From NCBI GenBank assembly GCA_965217895.1, contig CBDCJV010000002.1, positions 3,840,001-3,904,000 of the forward strand: a DNA stretch of 64,000 nucleotides, written 5' to 3'. Within the stretch, counting starts at the first letter, position 1. The number at the start of each line of letters is the position of its first letter. The notes under the pieces were generated by a model. It was given only the letters and a program-made list of their open reading frames with translations. It was not told the DNA's origin and did no database searches. Both the position numbers and the translations under genes were made by a program. The DNA is from Waterburya sp. (GTDB lineage: Bacteria; Cyanobacteriota; Cyanobacteriia; Cyanobacteriales; Xenococcaceae). Positions 1-10,879 of this stretch are shown here, in pieces.

Positions 1-1424
1 TCAGGTAATCAGATATTATTTTAATCTTATTAGACAAGTGAACTATATATATACAAATTTAGGTAATCAAGGGAGTAAGCAGTTTACTATTTTTTCAGTG
101 CCAAAACCTTTTAATGGCTATATTGGAGTTATTCAACGTAATGCGATCGCTAATTATTCTTTTTGGCGATGAACAAGGTACAAAAGAAATATGTGAACAG
201 TTTAATTTAATTCATATTCCTTATATTAAGCGCAACAGATATGGAACACCCTTGCTAAAAAGCATTTTTGCAGAAGTTCATATTCAAGCACATAATAACA
301 TTATTGCTTATGTTAATGCAGACATTATCTTAACTGATAATCTTACATTAGGAATTGAGTCCGTCTCCCAAAAATTAAATAATTATTTGCTTATTGGTAG
401 AAAGTGGAATATCGATCTCGATTGGGAACTAAAATTTAATTCTGATTGGCAAGTTAACCTAGATAAGCTAATTAAAGAAAAGGGTTATCTAGCTGACTAT
501 GACTGCAAAGATTATTTCGTATTTCCTAAACATTTGTTTGTGGATATTCCAGCTTTTGCACTAGGAAGAGGTTACTGGGATACTTGGATGGTAAGTCAAG
601 CATTAACAAATGGTCATCCAGTCGTTGATGGAAGTTTGGTAATTAATGCTATCCATCAAAATCATCCTTATACTCATATTCGCGGTGGCAAAAATGAAGC
701 CTACCTGGGCAAAGAAACTCAGTTAAATAAGTCTTTGGGGAACGTAACTAAACTAGGCAACATTGCTTGTGCAACTTGGCAGCTAAAACCTCAAGAATAT
801 CAGGACTTACCAACAGTCAGTATTGTGATTATTGCTCATAACCAAAGTAAAACTATAGAAAAAACCTTGTTGAGTATATTAGTTCAGAATTATAATGACT
901 ACGAAATAATAATTATTGATAACGGTTTGAATAATCAAATGAAATCTATCTTAAAGCCATATAAAAATAAAATTAATTATCATCTATTAAAACAATAAAA
1001 TGCTCCTGCTTATATCAATATATTTAAAATAGCAAAAGGAGAGTTCATTACTTTTTTAGATGCTAGTAGCGTGCTGCTTCCAGGAATTTTACAACAGCAG
1101 ATTAGTTATTTTGAAAAGGAGGCTTCTACTTTAGACGTATTGATCGGTGGTTGGAGAATGATTGAGCAAGAAAAAATTATTGAATATAAACCCTGGGAAA
1201 ATTTTTCAGATATAGAAAACTTACATTTCAAACAGGTAGATTTTATTAAAACATTCTTAGACAACAGCGCGATTATGTTGCGACGTAGAACGTTTGAAAT
1301 TTTAGATAATTTCAGCCAAGAAAAAAAGTCTGACATGATTGAAAATTTATCTAAAATAATTTCTAGTAAAAGATGCAGAATTCTTTGTTTAAAGTTAATA
1401 GCTTTTAATCACTATAAAAACTAA
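1..1424 (+). pseudogene. Disrupted glycosyltransferase (GT-A-like domain followed by a GT2 domain); 5' end lies outside the window
   Basis: The frame starting at nt 2 is open and reads FTIFSVPKPFNGYIGVIQRNAI, then stops at TGA 170-172. The expected continuation (IILFGDEQGT...YVNADIIL...GRGYWDTW) is in another frame (ORF 114-998). In-frame TAA 996-998 is followed in the same frame by NAPAYINIFKIAKGEFITFLDAS (GT2 motif), which runs into ORF 1071-1424. Confidence 0.75.
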
Positions 1425-1508
1425 TTAAATTAGCAAAAATTGCCAAACATAGTCTGTCGTATAGGACGGAGAAGAAAACTGTAATGAGTGCCTGAAACCC
1501 TTCTGATA

Positions 1509-2665
1509 CTAAATCCGATTTATAAAGTATGTAAACAACAAGCGTTTTTTAGCCAATGATAGTTAGTCAATTTACGAACTTCATCTTTCATTTCACTGAC
1601 TACACAACAACGCTCAACTAAAATGTCCTCTATCTCATTAATAGTTTCAAAATATTGATTTACCAGAGGTTCATCTACTAACTGCCATAACCTTTCGGCT
1701 GGCTGTAACTCTGGAGAATAAGGAGGTAAAAAATCAATCTTTATTCCCTCTGGAATAATCGCTTTTTTGCTGTGATGCCATCCTGCATTATCTTCTATCA
1801 AAAGAATTTTTTTTGATTATTAATTCCAGCATCAATAGCAAACTGTTGATAAACCAGATTCAGCCAATTTGTATTAACTCTGGGAATTAGATACCATAAA
1901 GTTTCTCCAGTTTTTGGCTTAACGAACCCATAAACATACAACCATTCGTATCGATGTTGTACTATTGCTTCTGGTCGATGACCAACTTTTGACCAAACCT
2001 TTTTTAGTATTGGTTTTAATCCTACTCTATGCTCGTCGAAAAACCACAGTTCTACCTCCACATCTGGATTTTCTTGTTCAAGTTGCTTAAGTTTCAATGG
2101 CAAGTTACTTTTGAACATCTCTTGCTCTAATTTATTGGCTTTTTTATGTGTTGGTCTTGGACTTTGCCAAGAGTAACCGCACTTTTTTAAGTAGTCCCAT
2201 CCTCTCTGATTCCCGACTTTTTCTCTGCCCGTTTCTTTTTCAATCCAGCGAGCTACCTTAGTTCCTGTCCAGATTCCTCCGTCTGGTAACTCTTTGGCGA
2301 TCGCTTTTGTTAGTTTTTCTAATTGTGGTTGTGATAGTAACCTTTTTTTTCCTCTAACATGATTGCTGGTTTTATTTTGGCAATTTTTGACCCCTTCCTC
2401 TCCATAGAGGTTGTACCGACCGAGAATCTTTTGAGCATAAGAATAAGAACATCCCACAGCGAGCGCACTATTTTTAATCGTCCATCCCAAAGATATTTTC
2501 GCGATTCAGATGCCATCTTCTCACTTCCACTGAGTTTTGACTCTTCAGATACTTTTCTTTTAGTTCAGAAGAACTAAAATGTTTTGCTAAATAAGCTGTT
2601 TTTGGCATTTAACATTTTTAAGTTATTCCTCACTATTTTATACACACTTTGGTAATCGGATTTAG
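1509..2665 (-). mobile_element. IS630-family insertion sequence (decayed) with TA target duplication
   Basis: Imperfect 25-bp terminal inverted repeats CTAAATCCGATT-NNN-AAAGTRTGTA at 1509-1533 and 2641-2665, flanked by TA at 1507-1508 and 2666-2667. Encloses the transposase. Confidence 0.9.
1520..2608 (-). pseudogene. IS630 transposase with two frameshifts
   Basis: ATG 2608 gives MPKTAYLAKHFS...RRWHL. Frameshift near 2505 into GWTIKNSALAVG (HTH region) ...WFFDEHRVG. Second shift at the T8 run 1807-1814 into IEDNAGWH...LPPYSPELQPAERLW (DDE motifs). Confidence 0.88.
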
Positions 2666-2666
2666 T

Positions 2667-2960
2667 ATTACTCCGTCCGTTTAGGGCGGAGTAATCTGTC
2701 ACCGTTGGTCAGCGCGTTGTGAAGGGGCTGTTCCCGTACAGCGGCTTTTGAGGCGAGGAAATGCTCTCGGTTAGAGAGCATATTCCACTCGCCTGTTGAG
2801 TAAGAATACTCTTACTCAACCTCGACAGTTCCTTCAACGCTGGGAACCCGCGCAACGGACTGAGATGCGGACAAGTCCTTTCTCGCAAAACGCGCTTTAG
2901 CTTTGCTGCGGGATTTATAAGCCCCATGGTCTATGACCCATTAAAGCGACTGGCGAGGGT
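2667..2960. repeat. Cluster of GC-rich hairpin micro-repeats, beginning with an IS200/IS605-like end hairpin
   Basis: Hairpin ATTACTCCGTCC-GTTTA-GGGCGGAGTAAT followed by CTGTCAC. Segments 2865-2881 and 2918-2959 recur inverted at 32549-32565 and 32867-32908. Confidence 0.7.
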
Positions 2961-3008
2961 GAAATGACTATAGTACCTATCTCAGCCTTTGGTATTTCAT
3001 CATCAACG

Positions 3009-4319
3009 TTAAAGACTTGATTGATTGTTCCATTCCTCAGCAGCATCTTTAACTGCTTGTTCTACAGTTTTGTCTTTGAGCATTGCTGCTTGAAGGTTTT
3101 CGTAAATTGTTTTTTGTAATACTTGAATATTTTTTCTCACGGGAATCAGCACTTCTGCATCTTTAAGTTGGGCTGCACTGACCTTTTTTGCTTGTTCTAT
3201 TAAGATGGTTTTCTTTTGCTGTTCAATGTTATTTATATATTGTTCTACTCCCTCGACTGTAGAAGGAAGAGTGTTAGATGCCTGAGCAAAAGCCAACTGA
3301 TTTTTGGTATTAGTTACAAACAAAGCATATTTGAGTGCTTGTGCCGATTTATCGCTGTCGCGAGGAATGACCAAATTCATCACCGCAACACTTTTTTTGC
3401 CAGTTTCACCAGTAATTTGAGAGGTAGCTTGAGAAACTTCAGCAATGCTAGGGGCATTATTAGTAATGCTTTCAATAAATTCTGCACCAGAAGATAGCAA
3501 AGCTATTTCTCCTGCTTGATATAGCTCAATTCCGTAACGATGTCCTTGAGTTAATACTTCTGGAGGTAGTAATTTTTGTTGATATAAATCTACCCAGTAT
3601 TGAAAAGCAGCTTTTCCTGCGGGAGTGTCAAAGGCTGCTTTACCTGATTCATCAACCAAGTCTACACCCATCTTGACTAAAGACTCTAATACGTCTCCTG
3701 AATCATTAGGTACAAAACTGATAAAAAAAGCATATTTGCCCGTTTTCTCTTTAATAGTTTTGGCAGCTTCAGCTAGCTCTTGATAAGTCTGAGGCGGATT
3801 TTTAATATTTGCTGCTGTCAAAAGTTGCTGATTGTAGATAGTAATAGTAGTTGTCAAATACCAAGGAATTCCAAAAGCCAGATCTTTACATTTGTCTTGC
3901 TGACAAACTTCAATTGTGCTTGCTTGCCAAATTTTTGGTAGATAAGCTGCTTTAGCTTTAGGGGGAACTACTTCATTTAAATCTAACCAAGCATTGCGAG
4001 TTGCTAATTGTGAAGCAAATTTAGGATTTAAATTGACTAAATCTGGTGCTGTTTTAGCAGAGATAGATGTCAAAATCTTGTTTTCCATGGCAGACCAAGG
4101 AATGTCTACCCAATCTATCTTCACTGGTTTGTTTTGAGCTTCAAAAGTGGTATTTAAATCTTCAAAGTATTGAGTAAAGTTGGGCTTAAGCTGCATCGTC
4201 CAAAATTCAAGCTGCCCAGGATCTTTATTGGCACTAGGATTACAACCCCATAGCCAGCTTAACATCACTCCTGTTAATAACCATAGGCAAAATCTGGAAA
4301 TAAAAGTCGCTTTTTTCAT
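3009..4319 (-). CDS. Sugar ABC transporter extracellular substrate-binding lipoprotein
   Basis: Signal peptide with lipobox LWGC. Motifs LEFWTMQL, APDLVNLN and FGIPWY are typical of family-1 solute-binding proteins. ATG 4319 preferred over the longer ORF start 4352. Confidence 0.85.
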   Translation of the reverse strand: MKKATFISRFCLWLLTGVMLSWLWGCNPSANKDPGQLEFWTMQLKPNFTQYFEDLNTTFEAQNKPVKIDWVDIPWSAMENKILTSISAKTAPDLVNLNPKFASQLATRNAWLDLNEVVPPKAKAAYLPKIWQASTIEVCQQDKCKDLAFGIPWYLTTTITIYNQQLLTAANIKNPPQTYQELAEAAKTIKEKTGKYAFFISFVPNDSGDVLESLVKMGVDLVDESGKAAFDTPAGKAAFQYWVDLYQQKLLPPEVLTQGHRYGIELYQAGEIALLSSGAEFIESITNNAPSIAEVSQATSQITGETGKKSVAVMNLVIPRDSDKSAQALKYALFVTNTKNQLAFAQASNTLPSTVEGVEQYINNIEQQKKTILIEQAKKVSAAQLKDAEVLIPVRKNIQVLQKTIYENLQAAMLKDKTVEQAVKDAAEEWNNQSSL

Positions 4320-4688
4320 TGTTTTGTCAACAGTAAGGCACAAAACAAACAATATTACTTATAAGTAAAAATGGCAATATTATGTACGTATTTTTAACTA
4401 TTTACCTATATGTACTTACCCTTTTTTTCGGTACAAGCACTTATCTGTATATCTGTTTATAGCAGCTACAATGTCCAATGTGACCAGCTTATTATCGAAA
4501 ATTAATCAAATATTTCTTAACTTATACTTGGCTATTTGACAAGTCATTAATCAACGAAATAAAGATGTTAACTCGATTTTATTTTTATGGATAAATCTTA
4601 AAAATGCTTTTGCAGGACAAGCAATCAAACCAGATCTTTATAGCTGAAAATGAGGTACAAGTTTTGAAATACTACTTAGGAAAAGGGT

Positions 4689-5792
4689 ATGCTGAACACT
4701 TTAACTAATATCTTTGCCAAAAGTGGCGACAGTGTGGGAATTGAAATAAATCCTCAAAAAATTAACATTGCTCAAATAGTCAAACAAGGACAGCAATACA
4801 AATTGCTAAAAAATGTCTCAGCAGATATTCCTGAAGGAGTGTTTGAAGAAGGACAAATTGTTGATTCCTTGAGTCTATCAGAACTAATTAAAGATACTCT
4901 TAAAGCTAATAAAATTAGTGCGACAAAAGTATTTACAGCAGTGCCGATGCGAGAGGCTATTATTCGTGTTATTCCTGTTCCCGCAGAACTAGATGAAGCA
5001 GAGTTAAAAGATATGATAATGGTACATGAAGCTGGAATGTATCTTCCCTATCCGCGAGAAGAGGTAGATCTAGATTATGCTAAACTCGGCTACTTTATGG
5101 ATGAAGACGGTATCGAAAAAGTTAATGTTTTATTGGTAGCAACTAAGAAAGAAGTAACCGATCTTTATACTGAAGTTTTTGAGCAAGCAGGACTAAAGTT
5201 AAGCGTTTTAGAAATTAATAGTTTTGCTTTAATTAGAACTATTAGAGAACAGCTAAGACAGTTCGGCTCAAAAGAAGCTGTGGTATTAGTAGATTTAGAG
5301 TTTGACAGTACTGAAATTGCAATCATAGTTGAAGGAGTACCTCAGTTTTCGAGAACTGTGCCTATTGGTACTTATCAGATGCGCGCAGCATTCTCTCAAG
5401 CTATGAACTTACCTGCTACAGGTTCAGCAGAAATGCTCTATGACATCGATCTATTGAACGGTATGGGAGATTCAACTGACGTAGATTCATCGCAAATTGA
5501 GTCAGGAAAAGCAGCGTTGCTTAAAATTTTTGGAGAATTAACTGATGAATTAAGTCGCTCAATTAACTTTTATATTAATCAAAGCGAAGACCTAGAAATA
5601 GCTCAGTTACTGTTATCTGGTCCAGGAGCAGGTATTGGTCAAGTGGATGAGTTTTTTACCCAAAAACTAAATCTACCCACCATGAAAGTCGATCCCATTG
5701 CAACTTTGGGACTCGATTTAAATCAAGATATTGCATCAGATCGTCGCCCAGGTTTGGGAATTGTCTTAGGACTAGGAATGCGGGATCTTTAA
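4689..5792 (+). CDS. pilM: Type IV pilus assembly protein PilM
   Basis: Actin-like fold motifs (VGIEIN, YLPYPREEVDLDY, LLLSGPGA, GIVLGLGMR); first gene of the pilMNOQ order. Confidence 0.95.
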   Translation: MLNTLTNIFAKSGDSVGIEINPQKINIAQIVKQGQQYKLLKNVSADIPEGVFEEGQIVDSLSLSELIKDTLKANKISATKVFTAVPMREAIIRVIPVPAELDEAELKDMIMVHEAGMYLPYPREEVDLDYAKLGYFMDEDGIEKVNVLLVATKKEVTDLYTEVFEQAGLKLSVLEINSFALIRTIREQLRQFGSKEAVVLVDLEFDSTEIAIIVEGVPQFSRTVPIGTYQMRAAFSQAMNLPATGSAEMLYDIDLLNGMGDSTDVDSSQIESGKAALLKIFGELTDELSRSINFYINQSEDLEIAQLLLSGPGAGIGQVDEFFTQKLNLPTMKVDPIATLGLDLNQDIASDRRPGLGIVLGLGMRDL

Positions 5793-5880
5793 GTTTGCTT
5801 AAAGATTATTTATTTGGTGTTTATTAAGCCAAATAACGATCATTTAATGTATTGATTATTATTGAAATTAGCTCAGCTTT

Positions 5881-6702
5881 ATGTATAACTTAGATATTAA
5901 TTTTCTTAGAGATAGAGGAGGAGAACAATCTACTGACGTTAGCGGTAGTATTGCTCAAAATAAAGAACCCTCCATTGCTGATAAAATTCCGATCGCTGCG
6001 GGGATAATCGTGGCACTGGTAGCACCAGCAATTACCTTTGGCTATTTGCAAAGTGTTAAAGCGCAAACCGCTACCGCAGAAGCAGAAGTCACCCAAATTG
6101 AAAGCGAGATTGCCGATCTGGGCAACCAGAACAAAAAAATTGAGGCAGCAAACGCTGAAATTCAGCAGACACAGCAGGAAACTGCTGCTTTGGTCGGTGT
6201 ATTTGAGAAAATCAGACCTTGGGCAGCGATTATGCAGGAAATTAGCGATCGCACTCCCCCTGGAGTTCAGGTAGATTCAATTCAGCAAACTAGTTCTGCT
6301 CCAGTTGCTCCACCTCCACCAACTGAAACAAAAGAAGGAGAAGCGGCGACTCCACCACCTGCACCTAGTCAATCAATAGGGGTTAATTTAGCAGGGGTAG
6401 CACGTTCTTATGATGATGTGAATGACTTTGTTTTATTCTTACAGCGATCGCCATTTTTTGATAGCAAACAAGTCAAATTAAATGGTGCTAGCACCGCAAG
6501 TTTTCCAGTGGAAGTAGAAAACCGAGAAGATTTGCCAGACAACGCTTCTTTGGAAATTCCCGAAGGAGTTAAGTACACAATTTCGGCACAGCTAAATAAC
6601 GTTCCTTCCTCCCAATTAATTGGGGAGATAGCCAAAAAAGGTTCGGTTGGGTTAGTAACCAGACTAAAAACATTAGAACGTAAAGGAGCGGTATTAAAAT
6701 GA
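5881..6702 (+). CDS. pilN: Type IV pilus assembly protein PilN
   Basis: N-terminal INFL motif, TM segment, coiled coil, PW...DRTPPGVQ and ARSYDDVNDF motifs. Confidence 0.93.
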   Translation: MYNLDINFLRDRGGEQSTDVSGSIAQNKEPSIADKIPIAAGIIVALVAPAITFGYLQSVKAQTATAEAEVTQIESEIADLGNQNKKIEAANAEIQQTQQETAALVGVFEKIRPWAAIMQEISDRTPPGVQVDSIQQTSSAPVAPPPPTETKEGEAATPPPAPSQSIGVNLAGVARSYDDVNDFVLFLQRSPFFDSKQVKLNGASTASFPVEVENREDLPDNASLEIPEGVKYTISAQLNNVPSSQLIGEIAKKGSVGLVTRLKTLERKGAVLK

Positions 6703-7523
6703 CCTTTGCTGATGATTTCGCGACGGAAAAAGGCGTAGCCGAAGATTATCCCGTTGCCTTTGGAATTACCTTTACACCGACGATTACGGGAATTGCGATC
6801 GCCGTTGCAGGGATCGCTCTAGCTGCCTATGGCTATATTAATTTTGTTAATCCTGCTCAAGCAAAGTATAAAGAGGTATCAACCAAAAAAGTTGAGCTTC
6901 AAGGACAGTTAGAGAAAATCAAGACAGGAGATTTGCAGTTAAAACTGGCCGAATTAGAAGCAGACTTAGCTGACCAGAAAGTAGTAAAAGCTCGTGTTCT
7001 AGCGATGTTTACTAGCGAGGATGATCTTGAAACACTGCTAATTGACTTAAATAATTTTGTTGCTTCCAATCAAGGGACTCTAATTGATTATCAACCTGAA
7101 GGGGAGATTACTACAGTTGATGATGCTTCCTTGGGTGCTGAAGTACAGGGAAAACTGAAGCATAAAAGTATTGCTTTAAGTATTAAGGGAACTTTTACCG
7201 AAACTAAACAAATTTTGCAGGATCTAGAACGATTGCAGCCTTTATTAATGGTACAAACCATTAGTTCAACCGTTGAGGATAAACCCACAGCAATTTTAAC
7301 TAGTAGTAGAAGCGAGATTGTTCCTAAAGAACAAGCACAGTTAAAAACTCAAATCAAGCTAGATGCTATTTTGCCTCCGAGCCAGCAAGAGCTAGAACAA
7401 GCTAAACAAACCGACGAGGAAGCAGAGCTTACTGCCAGAGAAAAACGTCAAATTAGACGGGAAAATAGGAAAAATAAAGATAGTAGCAATAGTCAGTCAG
7501 AAGCTGATGCTACTAAGAAATAA
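6699..7523 (+). CDS. pilO: Type IV pilus assembly protein PilO
   Basis: Overlaps the pilN stop (ATGA); YPVAFGITFTP, TM, coiled coil, LETLLIDLN and LERLQPLL motifs. Confidence 0.9.
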   Translation: MTFADDFATEKGVAEDYPVAFGITFTPTITGIAIAVAGIALAAYGYINFVNPAQAKYKEVSTKKVELQGQLEKIKTGDLQLKLAELEADLADQKVVKARVLAMFTSEDDLETLLIDLNNFVASNQGTLIDYQPEGEITTVDDASLGAEVQGKLKHKSIALSIKGTFTETKQILQDLERLQPLLMVQTISSTVEDKPTAILTSSRSEIVPKEQAQLKTQIKLDAILPPSQQELEQAKQTDEEAELTAREKRQIRRENRKNKDSSNSQSEADATKK

Positions 7524-7652
7524 GGCGTTGCTGATTTGAAGTATGAAACCGAAAGGTAATTTGTTCGTAGCTATTAGCTATTAGCTATTAGCTTTTTAAA
7601 TGCTAGTTATCAAGTCAAAAAATTTAAAATCATACCTTGATTCAGCAACGCC
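7524..7652. mobile_element. 129-bp MITE with 8-bp target duplication
   Basis: TIRs GGCGTTGCTGATTTGAAGTATGA / TCATACCTTGATTCAGCAACGCC; direct repeat AGAAATAA at 7516-7523 and 7653-7660; internal (TAGCTAT)x3. Confidence 0.88.
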
Positions 7653-7697
7653 AGAAATAAGAGTTCTGCCAAAAATATATTTACTAATAGTTACTAA

Positions 7698-10244
7698 TTG
7701 TATAGGTTGAGGATTAAGAGAGTGAAAAACTATTGCGATCGCCTGGGATTTTTGACAGCATTAACCGTTATGCTAATGGCTGCACCATCTAATGCTGCGG
7801 AGCGAAATATTACCGATATTGAAATTGATAAAGATAATAATCAACTAGAACTAAAACTATCGGCAGCTAACAAAGCTGATGCTGGTGCTTCTTTTTTCAC
7901 GCTGCGTAAAGATAATCTTATTGAAGCAAATCTACTCAACACACATTTAGATTTGCCCCAAGGAAAATCATTTAAACAAGATAATCCGCTTACAGGCATT
8001 AAATCAATAGATGTTCATCAGGTTGACCAAGAACATACTCAGATTTTGATCTCTACCGAGCCAGATATGCCGATTGAGCATTTACTAGAGCAACAGGGAG
8101 ATAATTTAGTTCTTAGCCTCAACCGCGTTACTAAAGCTCAATCTTTTCAAAGAGAGCTATCTCAATTTGGCGATAAGACAGTTAAACAGATTAAGGAAAC
8201 CTATAAATCTGCATTAGGTCAGAAAAAAACGAAAGACAATAAAAAATCTACTCTAGTCGCTCAAACAAATGACTTAAAAAAACCTGATGTTTTAATTCCC
8301 AATCCTGAAATCGATATTGAGGATAATGGTTCTAATAATACCAAAGAACGGGTATATAAAGCTCAGGATGATTCTAGTTCCGCAGCCGATGCAACCCTTC
8401 CCAGAGCCGTTGCTCCTCCCGTGGGCGATATGGCAGTTTCTAATATCAATACCATGCCAGACATGGTAGATTTAGGCTCAGCAGCCTTAGTTCCTCGCTT
8501 AGTGTTGCGGGATGCTCCAGTCAGAGAAGTACTGTCTCTCCTGGCTAAATCTGCCAACTTAAGCCTAGTATTTGCTGACAGTAAGGCACAAGGCGATCAA
8601 GCAAATCAAGGTGGTAATGGCGAAGAAACAGGTCCAAAAATTTCTTTAGATTTAGAAAATCAGCCCGTACAGGAAGTATTTAATTCAGTTTTAGTAGTTT
8701 CTGGTTTAGATGCCAACCGTCGAGGAAATATTATTTATGTCGGTGAACAACTACCCGCTTCAGCTCGTAACCTAGTTAGTCGTACTATTCGTTTAAATCA
8801 GGTTAAAGCTGAAAACGCAGCTTTGTATTTAGCAAGTCAGGGTGCAACGGGCAAAAGATTAACCACCAATGTAGAAGAAATTATCGATCCTGAAACTGGT
8901 AAAGTCGTTCAAAGAAAAGAAACAAGTCCAACATTAAGTGACTTAGATGGTGGTAGCCAAGACGATGCTGGTTCTAAAGCTTTAATGCTTAAAGGTCTAC
9001 AGGTTTCAACTGATGGCAGACTAAACGCCATCACTCTTGTAGGTGAACCTCGTAAAGTAGAGGTTGCTTCAACTTTTCTAACTCAGCTAGATGCTCGTCG
9101 TCGCCAAGTATCGGTCAACGTGAAAGTAATTGATGTGAACTTGCTTAATCAAGACGTTGCCAATAGTAGTTTTTCCTTTGGTATAAATGATAGCTTTTTT
9201 GTTAATGACAACGGTTCTGCATCTCTAAGATTTGGCGATAGGACACCACCAACATCTACTGACTTAAATAGTGCTATAGGCAGAGCCTCTAGTCCCCCTG
9301 TAATAGCTAATCCTTATGCTAATGCCAATACATTTTTAGATCTCAATAACACTTTTACTGTTCCAGGCACTACTCCTGGTACGATTAATAACAATACTGG
9401 AGAGATTATACCAAGAGGAGATGGGCTATTTTACAATCGAGTACCTGGAATTAGTACAGATCCATTTACCCCTGGTATTACCGATATAACCAAGGCTACC
9501 TTTAATGCAATTACAAGAGATCCAACTACTGGCGCAGTTACTTTTACTCAAGGACAAGATGGTACAGCTACTTCCGCACTACCCAGCTTTCTTCGATATC
9601 CTGATAGATTTCTTTCTTTATTAGAAGCTCGTGTAACTAGTGGTAATGCAAAAGTTTTAACCGATCCAACTTTAACAGTACAGGAAGGACAGCAAGCAAC
9701 TGTTCGATTAGTACAGAAGATTGTTGAGAGTGTTAAAACTGAGATTGATGGACAATCGGGAACAAGAACTGTCACTCCACAAATAGGAGAGGCTGGATTG
9801 GTACTAACTGTAAATGTAGAAGGGATTGACGATAATGGCTTTGTTTCGATGTCCGTCAGTCCTTCCGTTAGCTCTGTTGGTGCAACGCAAGCGTTTGATA
9901 GTGGAAATGGTGCAACTAATACACTTAACCTATTAAGTACGCGACAAGTAAGTTCTGGTTTGGTACGGATGCGGGATGGTCAAACTTTAATTTTGTCAGG
10001 GATTATTCAAGACCAAGAAAGAACTACTGTTTCTAAAGTGCCTATTTTAGGAGATATTCCTTTACTTGGTGCCTTGTTTAGAAGTACCGACAAGACCAAT
10101 GAACGAGCAGAAGTAATAGTTTTGTTAACTCCTAAGATCGTGGATGAGGATGCAGGGCTTGCCAGCAACTTTATGCCTAGTAAAGAAAGCCGTGAACTCC
10201 TTGAGAAATCTGGGGTTGACCCACTTGGAGAACCAGGTAAGTAG
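7698..10244 (+). CDS. pilQ: Type IV pilus secretin PilQ (AMIN, N domains and secretin domain)
   Basis: LVLRDAPVREVL, LDARRRQV, NAKVLTDPTL, DGQTLILSGII and KVPILGDIPLLGALF secretin motifs. True start may be GTG 7722. Confidence 0.95.
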   Translation: MYRLRIKRVKNYCDRLGFLTALTVMLMAAPSNAAERNITDIEIDKDNNQLELKLSAANKADAGASFFTLRKDNLIEANLLNTHLDLPQGKSFKQDNPLTGIKSIDVHQVDQEHTQILISTEPDMPIEHLLEQQGDNLVLSLNRVTKAQSFQRELSQFGDKTVKQIKETYKSALGQKKTKDNKKSTLVAQTNDLKKPDVLIPNPEIDIEDNGSNNTKERVYKAQDDSSSAADATLPRAVAPPVGDMAVSNINTMPDMVDLGSAALVPRLVLRDAPVREVLSLLAKSANLSLVFADSKAQGDQANQGGNGEETGPKISLDLENQPVQEVFNSVLVVSGLDANRRGNIIYVGEQLPASARNLVSRTIRLNQVKAENAALYLASQGATGKRLTTNVEEIIDPETGKVVQRKETSPTLSDLDGGSQDDAGSKALMLKGLQVSTDGRLNAITLVGEPRKVEVASTFLTQLDARRRQVSVNVKVIDVNLLNQDVANSSFSFGINDSFFVNDNGSASLRFGDRTPPTSTDLNSAIGRASSPPVIANPYANANTFLDLNNTFTVPGTTPGTINNNTGEIIPRGDGLFYNRVPGISTDPFTPGITDITKATFNAITRDPTTGAVTFTQGQDGTATSALPSFLRYPDRFLSLLEARVTSGNAKVLTDPTLTVQEGQQATVRLVQKIVESVKTEIDGQSGTRTVTPQIGEAGLVLTVNVEGIDDNGFVSMSVSPSVSSVGATQAFDSGNGATNTLNLLSTRQVSSGLVRMRDGQTLILSGIIQDQERTTVSKVPILGDIPLLGALFRSTDKTNERAEVIVLLTPKIVDEDAGLASNFMPSKESRELLEKSGVDPLGEPGK

Positions 10245-10482
10245 CCTGTTTTTGAACTCAATTTAGGTGGTCGAAATCTGAAAAATTGTTGAAATCTATG
10301 TTAAATAACGCTTTCAACGATCCATATTTGTCTCGTAGAGCTTAGAATAAGGCAGTGAAAAAACTGTAGCCTATGAAATGTGGTGAGTTTAATAACTCAG
10401 ATGCTATAAATTAGGCTGGTGAACTGTACTCCGTCTGATAAAGAGGATATCTGAAAAGTAATATTGGTTAAATTTCTAATGG

Positions 10483-10724
10483 TTTTTGCCCCCCTTGCCC
10501 CCCAACTCGCGCGTTCCTTGGCTGCTGAAACAGCAGCAGGGTCGCTCGTTAATTCTGGGGGGAAAAGATTTTAAAGTCCCAGCCCCCTCTAATCTCCCCC
10601 AAACTTGGGGGAGACTAATCGTTCCCTCCCCAATTCTGGGGAGGGGTAGGGAGGGGCAGGGGATTTAGGGTGGGTGGAAATGCTTCTGGCTAAGAAGCTT
10701 ATTCCACACCCACCCGAAGGGGGC
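10483..10724. repeat. Composite nested palindromic repeat
   Basis: CCCCCAA/TTCTGGGGG body carrying a 43-nt element (10506-10548) and a 51-nt element (10671-10721); paralogous to 24824-25092. Confidence 0.8.
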
Positions 10725-10879
10725 TTTTATCTAACTAATTAGGCTTCTCAGATAACCTTTTCAAACGACAGGACTTATGTTCACTTTATGTAGATTCATT
10801 TTCTAACTATTAAGTTCTCAGATACCGAGAACTACATGACACACAAACCACAAATTCATATAAGAAGGAGACCACTAAA

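Noticed and set aside
1798..1814. Programmed -1 frameshift in the IS630 transposase at the A8 run
   Set aside because: It falls within the DDE domain, and a second, non-slippery frameshift exists near 2505, so decay is more parsimonious. Not fully excluded.
2709..2927. 72-aa ORF; also considered as a group II intron domain V/VI or HEARO/omega-RNA remnant
   Set aside because: Made of dispersed repeat modules; no convincing domain V or HEARO consensus seen, and no RT, IscB or TnpB nearby. An Rfam scan would settle it.
4353..4688. NtcA site (GTA-N8-TAC) in the divergent ABC/pilM promoter region
   Set aside because: No exact match found by eye.
10486..10668. 60-aa ORF
   Set aside because: Lies entirely within the GC-rich nested repeats; Pro/Gly-rich translation with no protein features.
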